From Elusimicrobiota bacterium (GTDB lineage Bacteria > Elusimicrobiota > Elusimicrobia > JACQPE01): DNA of 64,000 nucleotides. Shown piece after piece: positions 1 through 8,504 of the stretch (position 1 is the stretch's first letter; each line of letters begins with the position of its first letter). Location of the stretch: positions 15,913 through 79,912 of the forward strand of contig JACPAN010000010.1 in NCBI GenBank assembly GCA_016180815.1, read 5' to 3'. The notes under the pieces were generated by a model. That model made no database searches. It was not told the DNA's origin and was given only the letters and a program-made list of their open reading frames with translations. Position numbers and translations under genes: made by a program.

Positions 1-1920
1 TGTCGGCACCACGTCGGCCAACATGTCCCCCGTCAAAAGCCGGGGCAAAGCGGACATAATGGCGAAACAAGGCGGCCGGACGCGCACGCGGTAGGCGCAT
101 TCACTGCCGTCGCTGACCACATAAAAACCCAATTCTCCGTTGGCGCCCTCAACAGGAAAATAAGATTCGCCTTTGGGCGGCCGAACGCCGTGGCCCTGCA
201 TGACCAGCTTAAAATGCCGCATCAGGCCTTCGATGTTGCCGTAGGTGTCTTCTTTGGGCGGCAAAACCACGCGTTTTTCCTCCACGGCAATTCCTAGATG
301 CTGAGGCCTGGCCGAGCCGCCCAGCGTCGGATCAGTGACAGCCACCGCTCTGGCAATCACCGGGATATCCCCGATTTTCGCGCTATCCACCATTTCCGCG
401 GCCGCCATCGGGCGTCCTGTTTCAGGGTCCACCAGAACCGGTCCCGGGGGTATGGTTTTAAGCGCGGCCTCGATAATGCGGATGGATTGGCGCATCTCTT
501 CCATGCGCACATAGTAGCGATCCAGATTGTCGCCTTTGGCGCCCACCGGCACGTCGAAATCAAAACGGTCGTAAACGCTATAAGGGCAGTCTTTGCGCAC
601 ATCATAGGGCGTCCCGCTCGCGCGCAAAAACGGCCCGGTGATGCCGTAAGCAATCGCTTCCTGGGCGCTGATAACGCCGGTACCCGACATTCGATCCACA
701 AAAATACGGTTGCGGGTCAACAGCGCGTCCGCCTCTTTCAAAACTTTTTTGGTTTCCTCCAAGGCCTTTTGGCATCGGTCCTCAAAATCCTCCGGCAAAT
801 CGCCTTTGACGCCGCCGACCCGGCAATAAGAAATGGTCAGACGCGCGCCCGTCACCATCTCAACGAGCTCCCAGAGAAACTCGCGGGCTTTGATCAAATA
901 AAGAAAAACGCTGAACGCGCCCAACTCCATTGCGCTTGCGCCCACGCAGGTCAAATGATCCGAGAGGCGCGAAATTTCGGACATGATGACGCGGATGTAA
1001 TGGCAGCGCTCCGGCACATTCAAACCCAAGAGTTTTTCCACGGCCATGGAGTAGCCCATATTGTTGATGAGCGGAGAAACATAATTCAACCGGTCCGTAT
1101 ACGGCATGACGCCGTTGTAATCCACGACCTCAGCCATTTTTTCAAAGCCCCGATGCAGGTAGCCGATTTCAACGTCCACCTCCTTGACCCGCTCGCCTTG
1201 AAGCTTCAACACAAGGCGGATAATCCCGTGCATGGCCGGATGCGCGGGTCCCACGTTTAACAGCATTTCTCTCGTTTCAAGATCACCGGAACCTTTTGAA
1301 TGAGCGGCCGGCGCGGAGGGTGTCGCCGAGCGTTTAACGGCTCCGGGCCCGGCCAAAGGCTGGCGTTGATTGACCGGATAATCTTTTCTTAAAGGATGGC
1401 CGATAAATTCTTCGTACATCAAGATGCGTTTTAAATTCGGATGGCCCTTGAAACGAATTCCGTACATGTCCCAAACCTCGCGCTCCAGCCAATTCGCCGC
1501 CGGCCATAACGAAGTCAAGGAATCCAGCTCAGCCGCTTTTTCTTCCACGGGCACGTGAAGCCTGATGCGGTGCCGAAGCGAGGAAGAATAGAAATGATAA
1601 ACCACGACAAAACGTTCCTTCTCCGGGCCCCCCGGCCAAGGCGTATCCGCGGGAATCTCAGGCGCCGGCGCCACGTCGACGCCGGAAGATGGGAAAAAAG
1701 CCCTGGGCGGCCGCTGCCCGAAGGTCAAATAATCCACGGCCGTCACATCCATCAAAAAATCCATTTGAAACGCCGGGTCTTCTTTTAAAGTCCGCGCAAC
1801 TTTGACAAGCGATTCACGGTTGATACGCGCGGTCTGGTCACCCCGCCACGAATGAGCGGCGCGAACAGCATCCGGGCAGCGTTCTTTCAGGAGGGCGGTT
1901 AGGTCAGCGTTCGTCATCAT
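1..1920 (-). CDS. nuoCD: NADH-quinone oxidoreductase subunit C/D fusion (NuoCD), C-terminally truncated by window edge
   Basis: Minus-strand translation from the ATG at 1920-1918 gives MMTNADLTALLKERCPDAVR... with NuoC motifs (DPAFQMDFLMDVTAVDY) followed by NuoD motifs (NVGPAHPAMHGIIRLVLKLQGE ... TGDMLADVVPT). The start overlaps the nuoB stop as TGATG. The ORF track omitted it because no stop codon lies inside the window. Confidence 0.85.
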   Translation of the reverse strand, partial: MMTNADLTALLKERCPDAVRAAHSWRGDQTARINRESLVKVARTLKEDPAFQMDFLMDVTAVDYLTFGQRPPRAFFPSSGVDVAPAPEIPADTPWPGGPEKERFVVVYHFYSSSLRHRIRLHVPVEEKAAELDSLTSLWPAANWLEREVWDMYGIRFKGHPNLKRILMYEEFIGHPLRKDYPVNQRQPLAGPGAVKRSATPSAPAAHSKGSGDLETREMLLNVGPAHPAMHGIIRLVLKLQGERVKEVDVEIGYLHRGFEKMAEVVDYNGVMPYTDRLNYVSPLINNMGYSMAVEKLLGLNVPERCHYIRVIMSEISRLSDHLTCVGASAMELGAFSVFLYLIKAREFLWELVEMVTGARLTISYCRVGGVKGDLPEDFEDRCQKALEETKKVLKEADALLTRNRIFVDRMSGTGVISAQEAIAYGITGPFLRASGTPYDVRKDCPYSVYDRFDFDVPVGAKGDNLDRYYVRMEEMRQSIRIIEAALKTIPPGPVLVDPETGRPMAAAEMVDSAKIGDIPVIARAVAVTDPTLGGSARPQHLGIAVEEKRVVLPPKEDTYGNIEGLMRHFKLVMQGHGVRPPKGESYFPVEGANGELGFYVVSDGSECAYRVRVRPPCFAIMSALPRLLTGDMLADVVPT

Positions 1921-2417
1921 CAGGCTTTCTGCTGGCCTGCTTTGGAATGCTGGGCCTGAATTTTTTCTTGAAGTTTCATTAAACCATCCAACACGTATTC
2001 AGGGCGCGGCGGGCAGCCTGGGATGTAAATGTCCACCGGCATAATCGTGTCGATGCCCATCACCGTCGCGTAATTGTCGTAAAAGCCGCCGGTGCAGGTG
2101 CACACGCCGAAGGCCACCACCCATTTGGGATCGGCCATCTGTTCATAAATGCGCAGAAGCACGGGCGCCATTTTGTGACTGATCGTGCCCACCACGAAAA
2201 GAACGTCCGCCTGTCTCGGTGAAAATCGCGGAAGCCCGGCGCCGAAACGGTCAAAATCATAGTGGGAACAAGCCGCGGCCATATATTCCATGCCGCAGCA
2301 AGCCGTCACAAAAGGGTATTGGAAAATGGAGTATTTTCTGGCCCAGCCGATGGCCTCATCCAATTTGCTGGTTAAAAAGCTGGCGTCTTCAAGCTGTTGG
2401 CTCATGGTTACTCCCAA
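1920..2417 (-). CDS. nuoB: NADH-quinone oxidoreductase subunit B
   Basis: 165-aa product with the cysteine motifs that bind Fe-S cluster N2 (CCGMEYMA ... GCPPRPE), typical of NuoB/NQO6. Confidence 0.95.
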   Translation of the reverse strand: MGVTMSQQLEDASFLTSKLDEAIGWARKYSIFQYPFVTACCGMEYMAAACSHYDFDRFGAGLPRFSPRQADVLFVVGTISHKMAPVLLRIYEQMADPKWVVAFGVCTCTGGFYDNYATVMGIDTIMPVDIYIPGCPPRPEYVLDGLMKLQEKIQAQHSKAGQQKA

Positions 2418-2761
2418 TCCAAAGCGCCGTTATCCAAGGCATAGTAAAATCCGGCCATCAAAATCCCTAAAAAAACCGCCAAAGCCGCGAAACCGCCGGC
2501 ACCCAACTGGGTGCAGACCACCGCCCAAGGGTAAAGAAAAACCAACTCCACGTCAAAGAGAATGAACAAAATCGCGATCAGGTAAAAATGGACATGAAAC
2601 CTGCCGGAAGGCAAAGCAAAAGGCTCCTGGCCGCACTCAAAAGGCTCACTTTTAACCGCCGAAGGCCGCTTGCGGCCAAGACAAGAGGCGAGCAGCAGAA
2701 AACCCCCCGCCACGACGGCAGAGATAGCTAGGAAGATCACCAACCCGATATATTCGGTCAT
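2408..2761 (-). CDS. nuoA: NADH-quinone oxidoreductase subunit A
   Basis: 117-aa three-TM protein with PFECG and the YPWAV motif, typical of NuoA. It overlaps nuoB by 10 nt. Confidence 0.9.
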   Translation of the reverse strand: MTEYIGLVIFLAISAVVAGGFLLLASCLGRKRPSAVKSEPFECGQEPFALPSGRFHVHFYLIAILFILFDVELVFLYPWAVVCTQLGAGGFAALAVFLGILMAGFYYALDNGALDWE

Positions 2762-2789
2762 ATTTTGTTACTCATAAATTTTACGATTA

Positions 2790-4190
2790 TCAAGGCTCAA
2801 AGGGGACCATCGCCGATGTGGACATGCGGCCCCATTCGGAAAAACTTTCCGGAAAAACGCCCGACAAGAGGACGACGCCGGCGGCGATGCCCAGCGCCAG
2901 GGCGACCGGTGCGCTAAGACGATCGGGGCGATCCCGGAGGGCAGGCTTCATGTACATCAGAACAGCCACGCGCAAATAGAAAAAGGCGGAAATGACGCTG
3001 CAAAGGACGCCTAAAACCGCAAGCAAAGTGTAGCCCGAGGCCAAGGCGCTTCTAAAAACCAAAAACTTGGCGGCGAAACCGGCCGTCGGCGGAATGCCGG
3101 TCAATGACAGCAGAAAAAGAAGCATGAGCCCGGCGGTCCAGGGTGATTGCTCAGCCAAACCCTCATAGCCGGTTAAGTCCTCACCTCGCTCACCCAAGCG
3201 TATGACCACGGCAAAAGCCCCCAACGTCATAAAAGCATAGGCAAAAAGATAAGAGGCCGTTGACGCAAAATCCATCGGAGTTCCCCCCAGCACGCCCAAC
3301 AGCGCGTAGCCTGCATGCGCGATCGATGAATAAGCAAGCATGCGTTTGACATTCTTCTGAGGCAAAGCCAGGAGATTGCCGATCACCATGGATAATACGG
3401 CCAGGATGGAAAGAATTAAAGACCAGGCGTTCCAGAAATCAGGGAAAGCCGTCAAGCAAACTCTGCCCAAAACAGCGAAGCCCGCGATTTTGGAGCCGAC
3501 CGCTAAAAAGGCCGCGATCGGAGCGCCCGCGCCCTCATACGCGTCCGGCGCCCAGGCGTGAAAAGGCACGGCTGAAATTTTAAAGGCCAAACCCCCGATC
3601 ATGAGGGCCACGGCCACGCCGATCAGCGGCTCAGTGGTCAACGAACGCCCGGACAAAGCATCGGCAATCGCGGCGAATTCCAAATGACCGCCGGAGAATC
3701 CCCAGGCCAAAGCCGCACCGTAAAGAAGAACGGCCGAGGCGAATGAGCCGAGCACAAAATATTTAAATGCGGCCTCCGTGGCCTGAGGACGGTCGCGCTC
3801 GATGCCGACCAGGATATAGGAAGACAGCGCCATCAGCTCCAGGCCCAGATAAAGCATCAGCAAGTCCTTTGCCGAAGCGGCCAGCATCATGCCGGTGGTG
3901 GCCAATAGAAGAAGGCTGAAGTACTCGGACCAGGGAACATGCTCTTCGCTTAAGCGGCGCAAACTAAGCATCGCGGATAAGGCCAAAGTAGCCGAGAAAA
4001 GAATTTTAAAAAAACGCGCGAATTCATCCGCGACAGGGGCCCTGAAGGCCAAGCCGGCGGACAACACCGAGGCGAATAAGACGGCGGCCAAGGCGAATGA
4101 AGGCGAAGAGATGCGGCGGGCGAAGAGGATAAGGATCAGGGCAACCCCGGCCAGGGCGAGCTCGGGGAAATAGGGCGCTATTAAGGGCAT
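2790..4190 (-). CDS. nuoN: NADH-quinone oxidoreductase subunit N
   Basis: Motifs FHAWAPDAYEGAGAPIAAFLAVGSKIAGF and MLAYSSIAHAGYALLG. The ORF in the track extends to 4235, but the NuoN-like N-terminus MPLIAPYFPELALAG begins at the internal Met at about 4190. Confidence 0.88.
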   Translation of the reverse strand: MPLIAPYFPELALAGVALILILFARRISSPSFALAAVLFASVLSAGLAFRAPVADEFARFFKILFSATLALSAMLSLRRLSEEHVPWSEYFSLLLLATTGMMLAASAKDLLMLYLGLELMALSSYILVGIERDRPQATEAAFKYFVLGSFASAVLLYGAALAWGFSGGHLEFAAIADALSGRSLTTEPLIGVAVALMIGGLAFKISAVPFHAWAPDAYEGAGAPIAAFLAVGSKIAGFAVLGRVCLTAFPDFWNAWSLILSILAVLSMVIGNLLALPQKNVKRMLAYSSIAHAGYALLGVLGGTPMDFASTASYLFAYAFMTLGAFAVVIRLGERGEDLTGYEGLAEQSPWTAGLMLLFLLSLTGIPPTAGFAAKFLVFRSALASGYTLLAVLGVLCSVISAFFYLRVAVLMYMKPALRDRPDRLSAPVALALGIAAGVVLLSGVFPESFSEWGRMSTSAMVPFEP

Positions 4191-4269
4191 TGCAGGACTC
4201 CTGCCAAAACATAGAGAGGGCCTGGGTTCCCGCATTCGCGGGAATGACGATGGGATAGCGAAAACTTTC

Positions 4270-5742
4270 TCATAACCCCGCCCTCAGACCAGCGCCGTTT
4301 AATTGCATCAGCAAATGTTCGACGGAAACGCGCAGAAAACCTAAAACGGAATCAGGGTAAAGCCCGATCACCAGCGCCAGCGCGGCCAAAGGAGCCAGGG
4401 TCGCCATTTCGCGCCAGTCCAGGTCCTTTAAATTGGGGTGGCGGTTGTCCCCCAGGGCCAACCGGTAAAACAGCCAGACCATATACATGGTCCCTAAAGC
4501 CACACCCAAAACGCCGGAGAGCCCGAGCCAAGTCCGCATGGTAAACGCGCCGTTTAAGATTAAAAATTCGCCGACAAAGGAATTCAAGCCAGGAAATCCG
4601 GTGGCTGCCAAGGAAAACAGCGCCAGAAAAACCGTGTAGACCGGAAGGGCCTTAAAAAGCCCGCCGTAACGCGCGATATCGCGGGTATGCGTTCGTTCAT
4701 AAAGCATGCCCACGCATAAAAACAAGGCGCCGGTGATAATGCCGTGATTAATCATTTGAAGAATCGCGCCTTCCAGGCCGCTCGCGGTAAAAGAAAAAAT
4801 GCCCAGCGTCACAAAACCCATGTGGCTGACGCTCGAATAAGCGATCAACCTTTTGACATCGGTTTGGGTCAAGGTCACGCACGCCCCCCAAATAATGGCG
4901 GCCACCGATAAGGCGAGCATAGGCTTCAAGAAATACAACGAGGCGCCGGGCAAAACCGGCAGGCAAACCCGGAGGAATCCGTAAGCGCCCATTTTAAGCA
5001 GAATCCCGGCTAAAATCACGCTCCCGGCCGTCGGCGCTTCGGTATGCGCGTCCGGAAGCCAGGTATGCAGAGGAAACATCGGCACTTTAACCGCAAACGC
5101 GGCCGTGAAAGCCCCGAACAGCCAATACTGAAGCGTGGGCTCGATCATGGTTCTGGACAAAGCGTCGAATTCCAGAGTTCCTCCGCCCAAATTGTAAAGC
5201 GCGATCATGCCCAAGAGCATCAAGACGCTGCCCGCTAAAGTGAACAGTAAAAATTTAACCGCGGCGTAAACCCGCTCCGTGGAGCCCCAAACCCCGATCA
5301 AGAGAAAAATAGGCACAAGAATAAGTTCCCAAAACACGTAAAAAAGCAAAAGGTTCGCGGCCGCAAAAAGCCCGATCATGGCGGTCTCGGAAACAAGGAG
5401 CGCGCCGTAAAACGCGCGCGTGCGCGTTTCAACCGCGCGCCAGGAAACGGCCACGCACAAAATGGAAAGCAAGGCCGCCAGGAAAATAAACGGCAGGCTG
5501 ATCCCGTCCACGCCCACGGAATACGCGATATTCCAGGAAGGAATCCAAAGCGCCTGCTCCGTAAATTGCAGTTGGGCCATCTGCTTGTCGAACAGAAAGA
5601 ACAAGGGCAAGGACAAAACGAATGTCGCGACCGTCGTCAACAGCGCGATCCAGCGCGCGGCCCTGGCGCTAGGGAAAAGCATAATGGCCGCGGCCCCGGC
5701 CATGGGCAGAAAAATAATGGAACTCAGCATATGGTCCATCAT
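4270..5742 (-). CDS. nuoM: NADH-quinone oxidoreductase subunit M
   Basis: Motifs WLPDAHTEAPTAGSVILAGILLKMGAYGFLR and LIAYSSVSHMGFV. The likely start is ATGATGGACCAT (MMDHMLSSIIFLP), which overlaps the upstream stop as ATGA. The longer track ORF reaching 5838 overlaps the upstream gene. Confidence 0.9.
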   Translation of the reverse strand: MMDHMLSSIIFLPMAGAAAIMLFPSARAARWIALLTTVATFVLSLPLFFLFDKQMAQLQFTEQALWIPSWNIAYSVGVDGISLPFIFLAALLSILCVAVSWRAVETRTRAFYGALLVSETAMIGLFAAANLLLFYVFWELILVPIFLLIGVWGSTERVYAAVKFLLFTLAGSVLMLLGMIALYNLGGGTLEFDALSRTMIEPTLQYWLFGAFTAAFAVKVPMFPLHTWLPDAHTEAPTAGSVILAGILLKMGAYGFLRVCLPVLPGASLYFLKPMLALSVAAIIWGACVTLTQTDVKRLIAYSSVSHMGFVTLGIFSFTASGLEGAILQMINHGIITGALFLCVGMLYERTHTRDIARYGGLFKALPVYTVFLALFSLAATGFPGLNSFVGEFLILNGAFTMRTWLGLSGVLGVALGTMYMVWLFYRLALGDNRHPNLKDLDWREMATLAPLAALALVIGLYPDSVLGFLRVSVEHLLMQLNGAGLRAGL

Positions 5743-7502
5743 TGCAAGACTGCCGCCATCATCATGGCCACAATGAGTCCGGCGGCCATGGCCAGGCCAT
5801 AATCCTGGGCATTGCCTGTTTGCATGGGGCGAAGCCAACGGGAAGCGGCTTGGGTCAAACGCCCGACGCCATTGGCCGCTCCGTCGACGACGACTTGATC
5901 CAGCTTGCGTAAAATTTTAGAAACGCCCAGGACAAGGCCGGTTGTGAAAAACTCATAAATTTCCCCGACAACGCGCTGCTCAAAACGCAGCAGAGGGGCC
6001 GCCCCCCAGCGCATAAAGGCGCCGGCGCCGCGCCGATAAAACCAATCCGTATCCAAACTAATCGTGGGTTTGGGATCGAGCTGAGGCAGAAGAAGAAAAA
6101 ATCCCAGCGCGGTAAAGCCAAGAAGCCCCAAAGTCGCGATGACGTGATGGACCGTATACGGCGCGTAATCCACGGCAAAAGGCAAATGCCGGTAAAGAAG
6201 TCCCGGAGCCACGCCGATCAAAATACAGGCCCCCGCGGCTAAGGCCATGGCCGCAAGCATATTCGACGGCGGCTCTTGAGCCGCGATGCCTTTATCCTTG
6301 CCGAAAAACATGTAATACGGAAGTTTGAGTCCGGTATGCAGGAACGTTCCCGCAGAAGCCATGGTTAATAAGAGAAATAACGCGGCCCGATGCGATTCCC
6401 CCGCCGCTGAAACAACCATGGCCTTGCTCACGAATCCGCTGAACAGCGGCACCGCTGAAATGGCGAACGCGCCGATCATGTACAAAAACATGGTGCGCGG
6501 CATAGTTTTATAAAGGCCGCCCATTTCGCTGAGATTTCTTAATCCGGTCATTTGCAGCACGGCCCCGGCGCCCATAAAAAGCAGCGCCTTGTAAAGAATA
6601 TGGGCGAAGGCATGCGCCGTGGCTCCGTTTAAGGCCAGTTCCGTCCCCAGGCCGACCCCGCAGACCATGTAACCCACCTGGCTGATGATGTGATAAGCCA
6701 ACAGGCGGCGCGCGTCGTTTTCAAGAACGGCGTAAACAACGCCATAAAGGGCCATGGCTGCGCCGAGCCAAGCTAAGAGTTCGGTGCCCGGATAGCCGCG
6801 GATTAAAGCGTATACCGCTGATTTGGTGGTGAAGGCCGTCAAGAAAACCGCTCCGGTGGGCGTGGCCTCCGGGTAAGCGTCCGGCAGCCAGGCGCCTAAA
6901 GGCGGCACAGCCGCGTTTAATAAAAAGGCGATCAGAATTAAGAAAAAAGCCGGGCTGCCCGCGAAAGCGCCCATGTTGTCAAAAGCCAAAGAGCCGGTAT
7001 CATTCCAATGAATCGCAGCTCCGGCCAAAAGGCATAAGCCGCCGACGACATGAACCAAAAGATAACGGAAACCAGCGGCTGTGGCTCGGGGATCACGCCT
7101 CAACCAAACAATCAAGACAGCGGCAACCGCCATCAATTCCCAAAAAATAAACAGCGCGAGGAAATCCCCGGCCAAGGTCACGCCAAGCGCTCCCCCCACG
7201 TACGTAAGGGCCGAGACGTGCTGAGCATCGTCGTTAACGTGAAGCGCGTACACCATCCCGATCAACGCCATGAGCGAAAAAACGTAACAGAAAACCAGGC
7301 TTAATTGATCCACCCGCCCGAAAACAATTTCCATGTCCAGGAACGACACCGCGCCATAAACGCCGGGTTGAAGCGACAGGCAGACAATGAAAGCCGCGGC
7401 CGGCAAAAGCACAAGATAGGTCTTTTGAACGCGCCCCTTAAGAAAAGGGACAAGCCAAGCGCCCACGATCAGCAACAAGCCGGGGTGGAGCCAGTTCATC
7501 AT
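5739..7502 (-). CDS. nuoL: Divergent NuoL/MrpA-like antiporter-like membrane subunit (587 aa)
   Basis: Polytopic membrane protein with WLPDAYPEATPTGAVF and AYHIISQVGYM. Its C-terminus (LDTDWFYRR ... DQVVVDGAANGVGRL ... NAQDYGLAMAAGLIV) resembles the NuoL/MrpA long C-terminal helix. The usual TPVSALIHAAT histidine region is replaced by VFLTAFTTKSAVYALIR. Confidence 0.75.
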   Translation of the reverse strand: MMNWLHPGLLLIVGAWLVPFLKGRVQKTYLVLLPAAAFIVCLSLQPGVYGAVSFLDMEIVFGRVDQLSLVFCYVFSLMALIGMVYALHVNDDAQHVSALTYVGGALGVTLAGDFLALFIFWELMAVAAVLIVWLRRDPRATAAGFRYLLVHVVGGLCLLAGAAIHWNDTGSLAFDNMGAFAGSPAFFLILIAFLLNAAVPPLGAWLPDAYPEATPTGAVFLTAFTTKSAVYALIRGYPGTELLAWLGAAMALYGVVYAVLENDARRLLAYHIISQVGYMVCGVGLGTELALNGATAHAFAHILYKALLFMGAGAVLQMTGLRNLSEMGGLYKTMPRTMFLYMIGAFAISAVPLFSGFVSKAMVVSAAGESHRAALFLLLTMASAGTFLHTGLKLPYYMFFGKDKGIAAQEPPSNMLAAMALAAGACILIGVAPGLLYRHLPFAVDYAPYTVHHVIATLGLLGFTALGFFLLLPQLDPKPTISLDTDWFYRRGAGAFMRWGAAPLLRFEQRVVGEIYEFFTTGLVLGVSKILRKLDQVVVDGAANGVGRLTQAASRWLRPMQTGNAQDYGLAMAAGLIVAMMMAAVLQ

Positions 7503-7565
7503 TGTTTATCTTGCTGCATTAAAGCTAACCGGGGCACACGCTAATGTCTTCGCCCTTTTCATTTC

Positions 7566-8504
7566 TTATTTCTCTACCGAAGAACTTTCCTTCGTAATTC
7601 CAGAATTCAATCTGTATTTATAAATGTTGCCCTCGTTGTCATGGCCTGAATCATCAAGAACAGCCCATTGCTCATCAGGGGAAATGTCAAACTTGCGGCC
7701 GCTGTCAAAAATAGGGCCCCAGTCAAGAACTTTCATTGGGGGCTCTGACCCATCAGCCTTGATTTTCCAGAGGCTCGGATGAGTGCTGTAATAAAAATAT
7801 TGGCCATTTTTGGACCACTGAACATCCTCAACCTTTGTTTCCTGAGAAAACCGGCGTTGATTTTCCCTATTTAAGCCGATTAGCCAAATTCTCCGATACT
7901 CTTTCCAGGGCTTGCGAACTTCCTCGACGGCAATATAGGCCAAGGTGTCCTCTTTAGGTGACCAGTCACAGCAACGCTCCCACTTATTAGCCGGCAGGGG
8001 TGTAAATGGAAATTGATTTTTCCCGTCGCTATCCATGACCCAGAGCCGCGCATCGCGCGTAAACACCATCTGCTTGCCGTCAGGGGACCAGCAGGGATGC
8101 TGAGCCCTTTCTCCTAACGACTGGGCATTGGTCAATTGCCGTAGATCGGTGCCATCGATGTTCACCACAAAAATATCAAAAAGCCATATATTTTTTTTTG
8201 CATCCTTAGGACCAATTCCATAACTTTGAAAAGCGATCTTTTTGCCGTCAGGGCTCCAGGCGGGCGCCGAGCTGTTACGCAGCTTCTTGGTAATTTGCTT
8301 CTGCCTTTTGCCATTAACATCCATAACCCAGATATTCGTATAGCCTATCTTGTTGCTTGAGAAAGCTATCTTTGTCCCATCAGGGCTAAAAACAGGGTCC
8401 CTGCATCCTATGTCTCCCTTTACATCGGTGATGCGAATTCCCTGGGCAGAAAGAGGGGAGCATGAGAGGATAATGAATAGACCAAGAAAAGAGCACCTGG
8501 TCAT
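7566..8504 (-). CDS. TolB-like beta-propeller (PD40/WD40-like repeat) protein, probable lipoprotein or periplasmic protein
   Basis: Signal peptide with a possible lipobox (ILSC). Repeated PD40-type units: SPDGTKIAFSS...NIWVMDVNGK, SPDGKKIAFQS, SPDGKQMVFTRD...LWVMDSDGKNQ. GC is about 43-45 percent against about 60 percent in the flanking nuo genes. Confidence 0.75.
   Translation of the reverse strand: MTRCSFLGLFIILSCSPLSAQGIRITDVKGDIGCRDPVFSPDGTKIAFSSNKIGYTNIWVMDVNGKRQKQITKKLRNSSAPAWSPDGKKIAFQSYGIGPKDAKKNIWLFDIFVVNIDGTDLRQLTNAQSLGERAQHPCWSPDGKQMVFTRDARLWVMDSDGKNQFPFTPLPANKWERCCDWSPKEDTLAYIAVEEVRKPWKEYRRIWLIGLNRENQRRFSQETKVEDVQWSKNGQYFYYSTHPSLWKIKADGSEPPMKVLDWGPIFDSGRKFDISPDEQWAVLDDSGHDNEGNIYKYRLNSGITKESSSVEK

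Noticed and set aside
298-1260. 320-aa plus-strand ORF (MLRPGRAAQRR...)
   Set aside because: Arg/His-rich low-complexity translation lying entirely antisense to the well-supported nuoCD reading frame. A typical high-GC antisense ORF.
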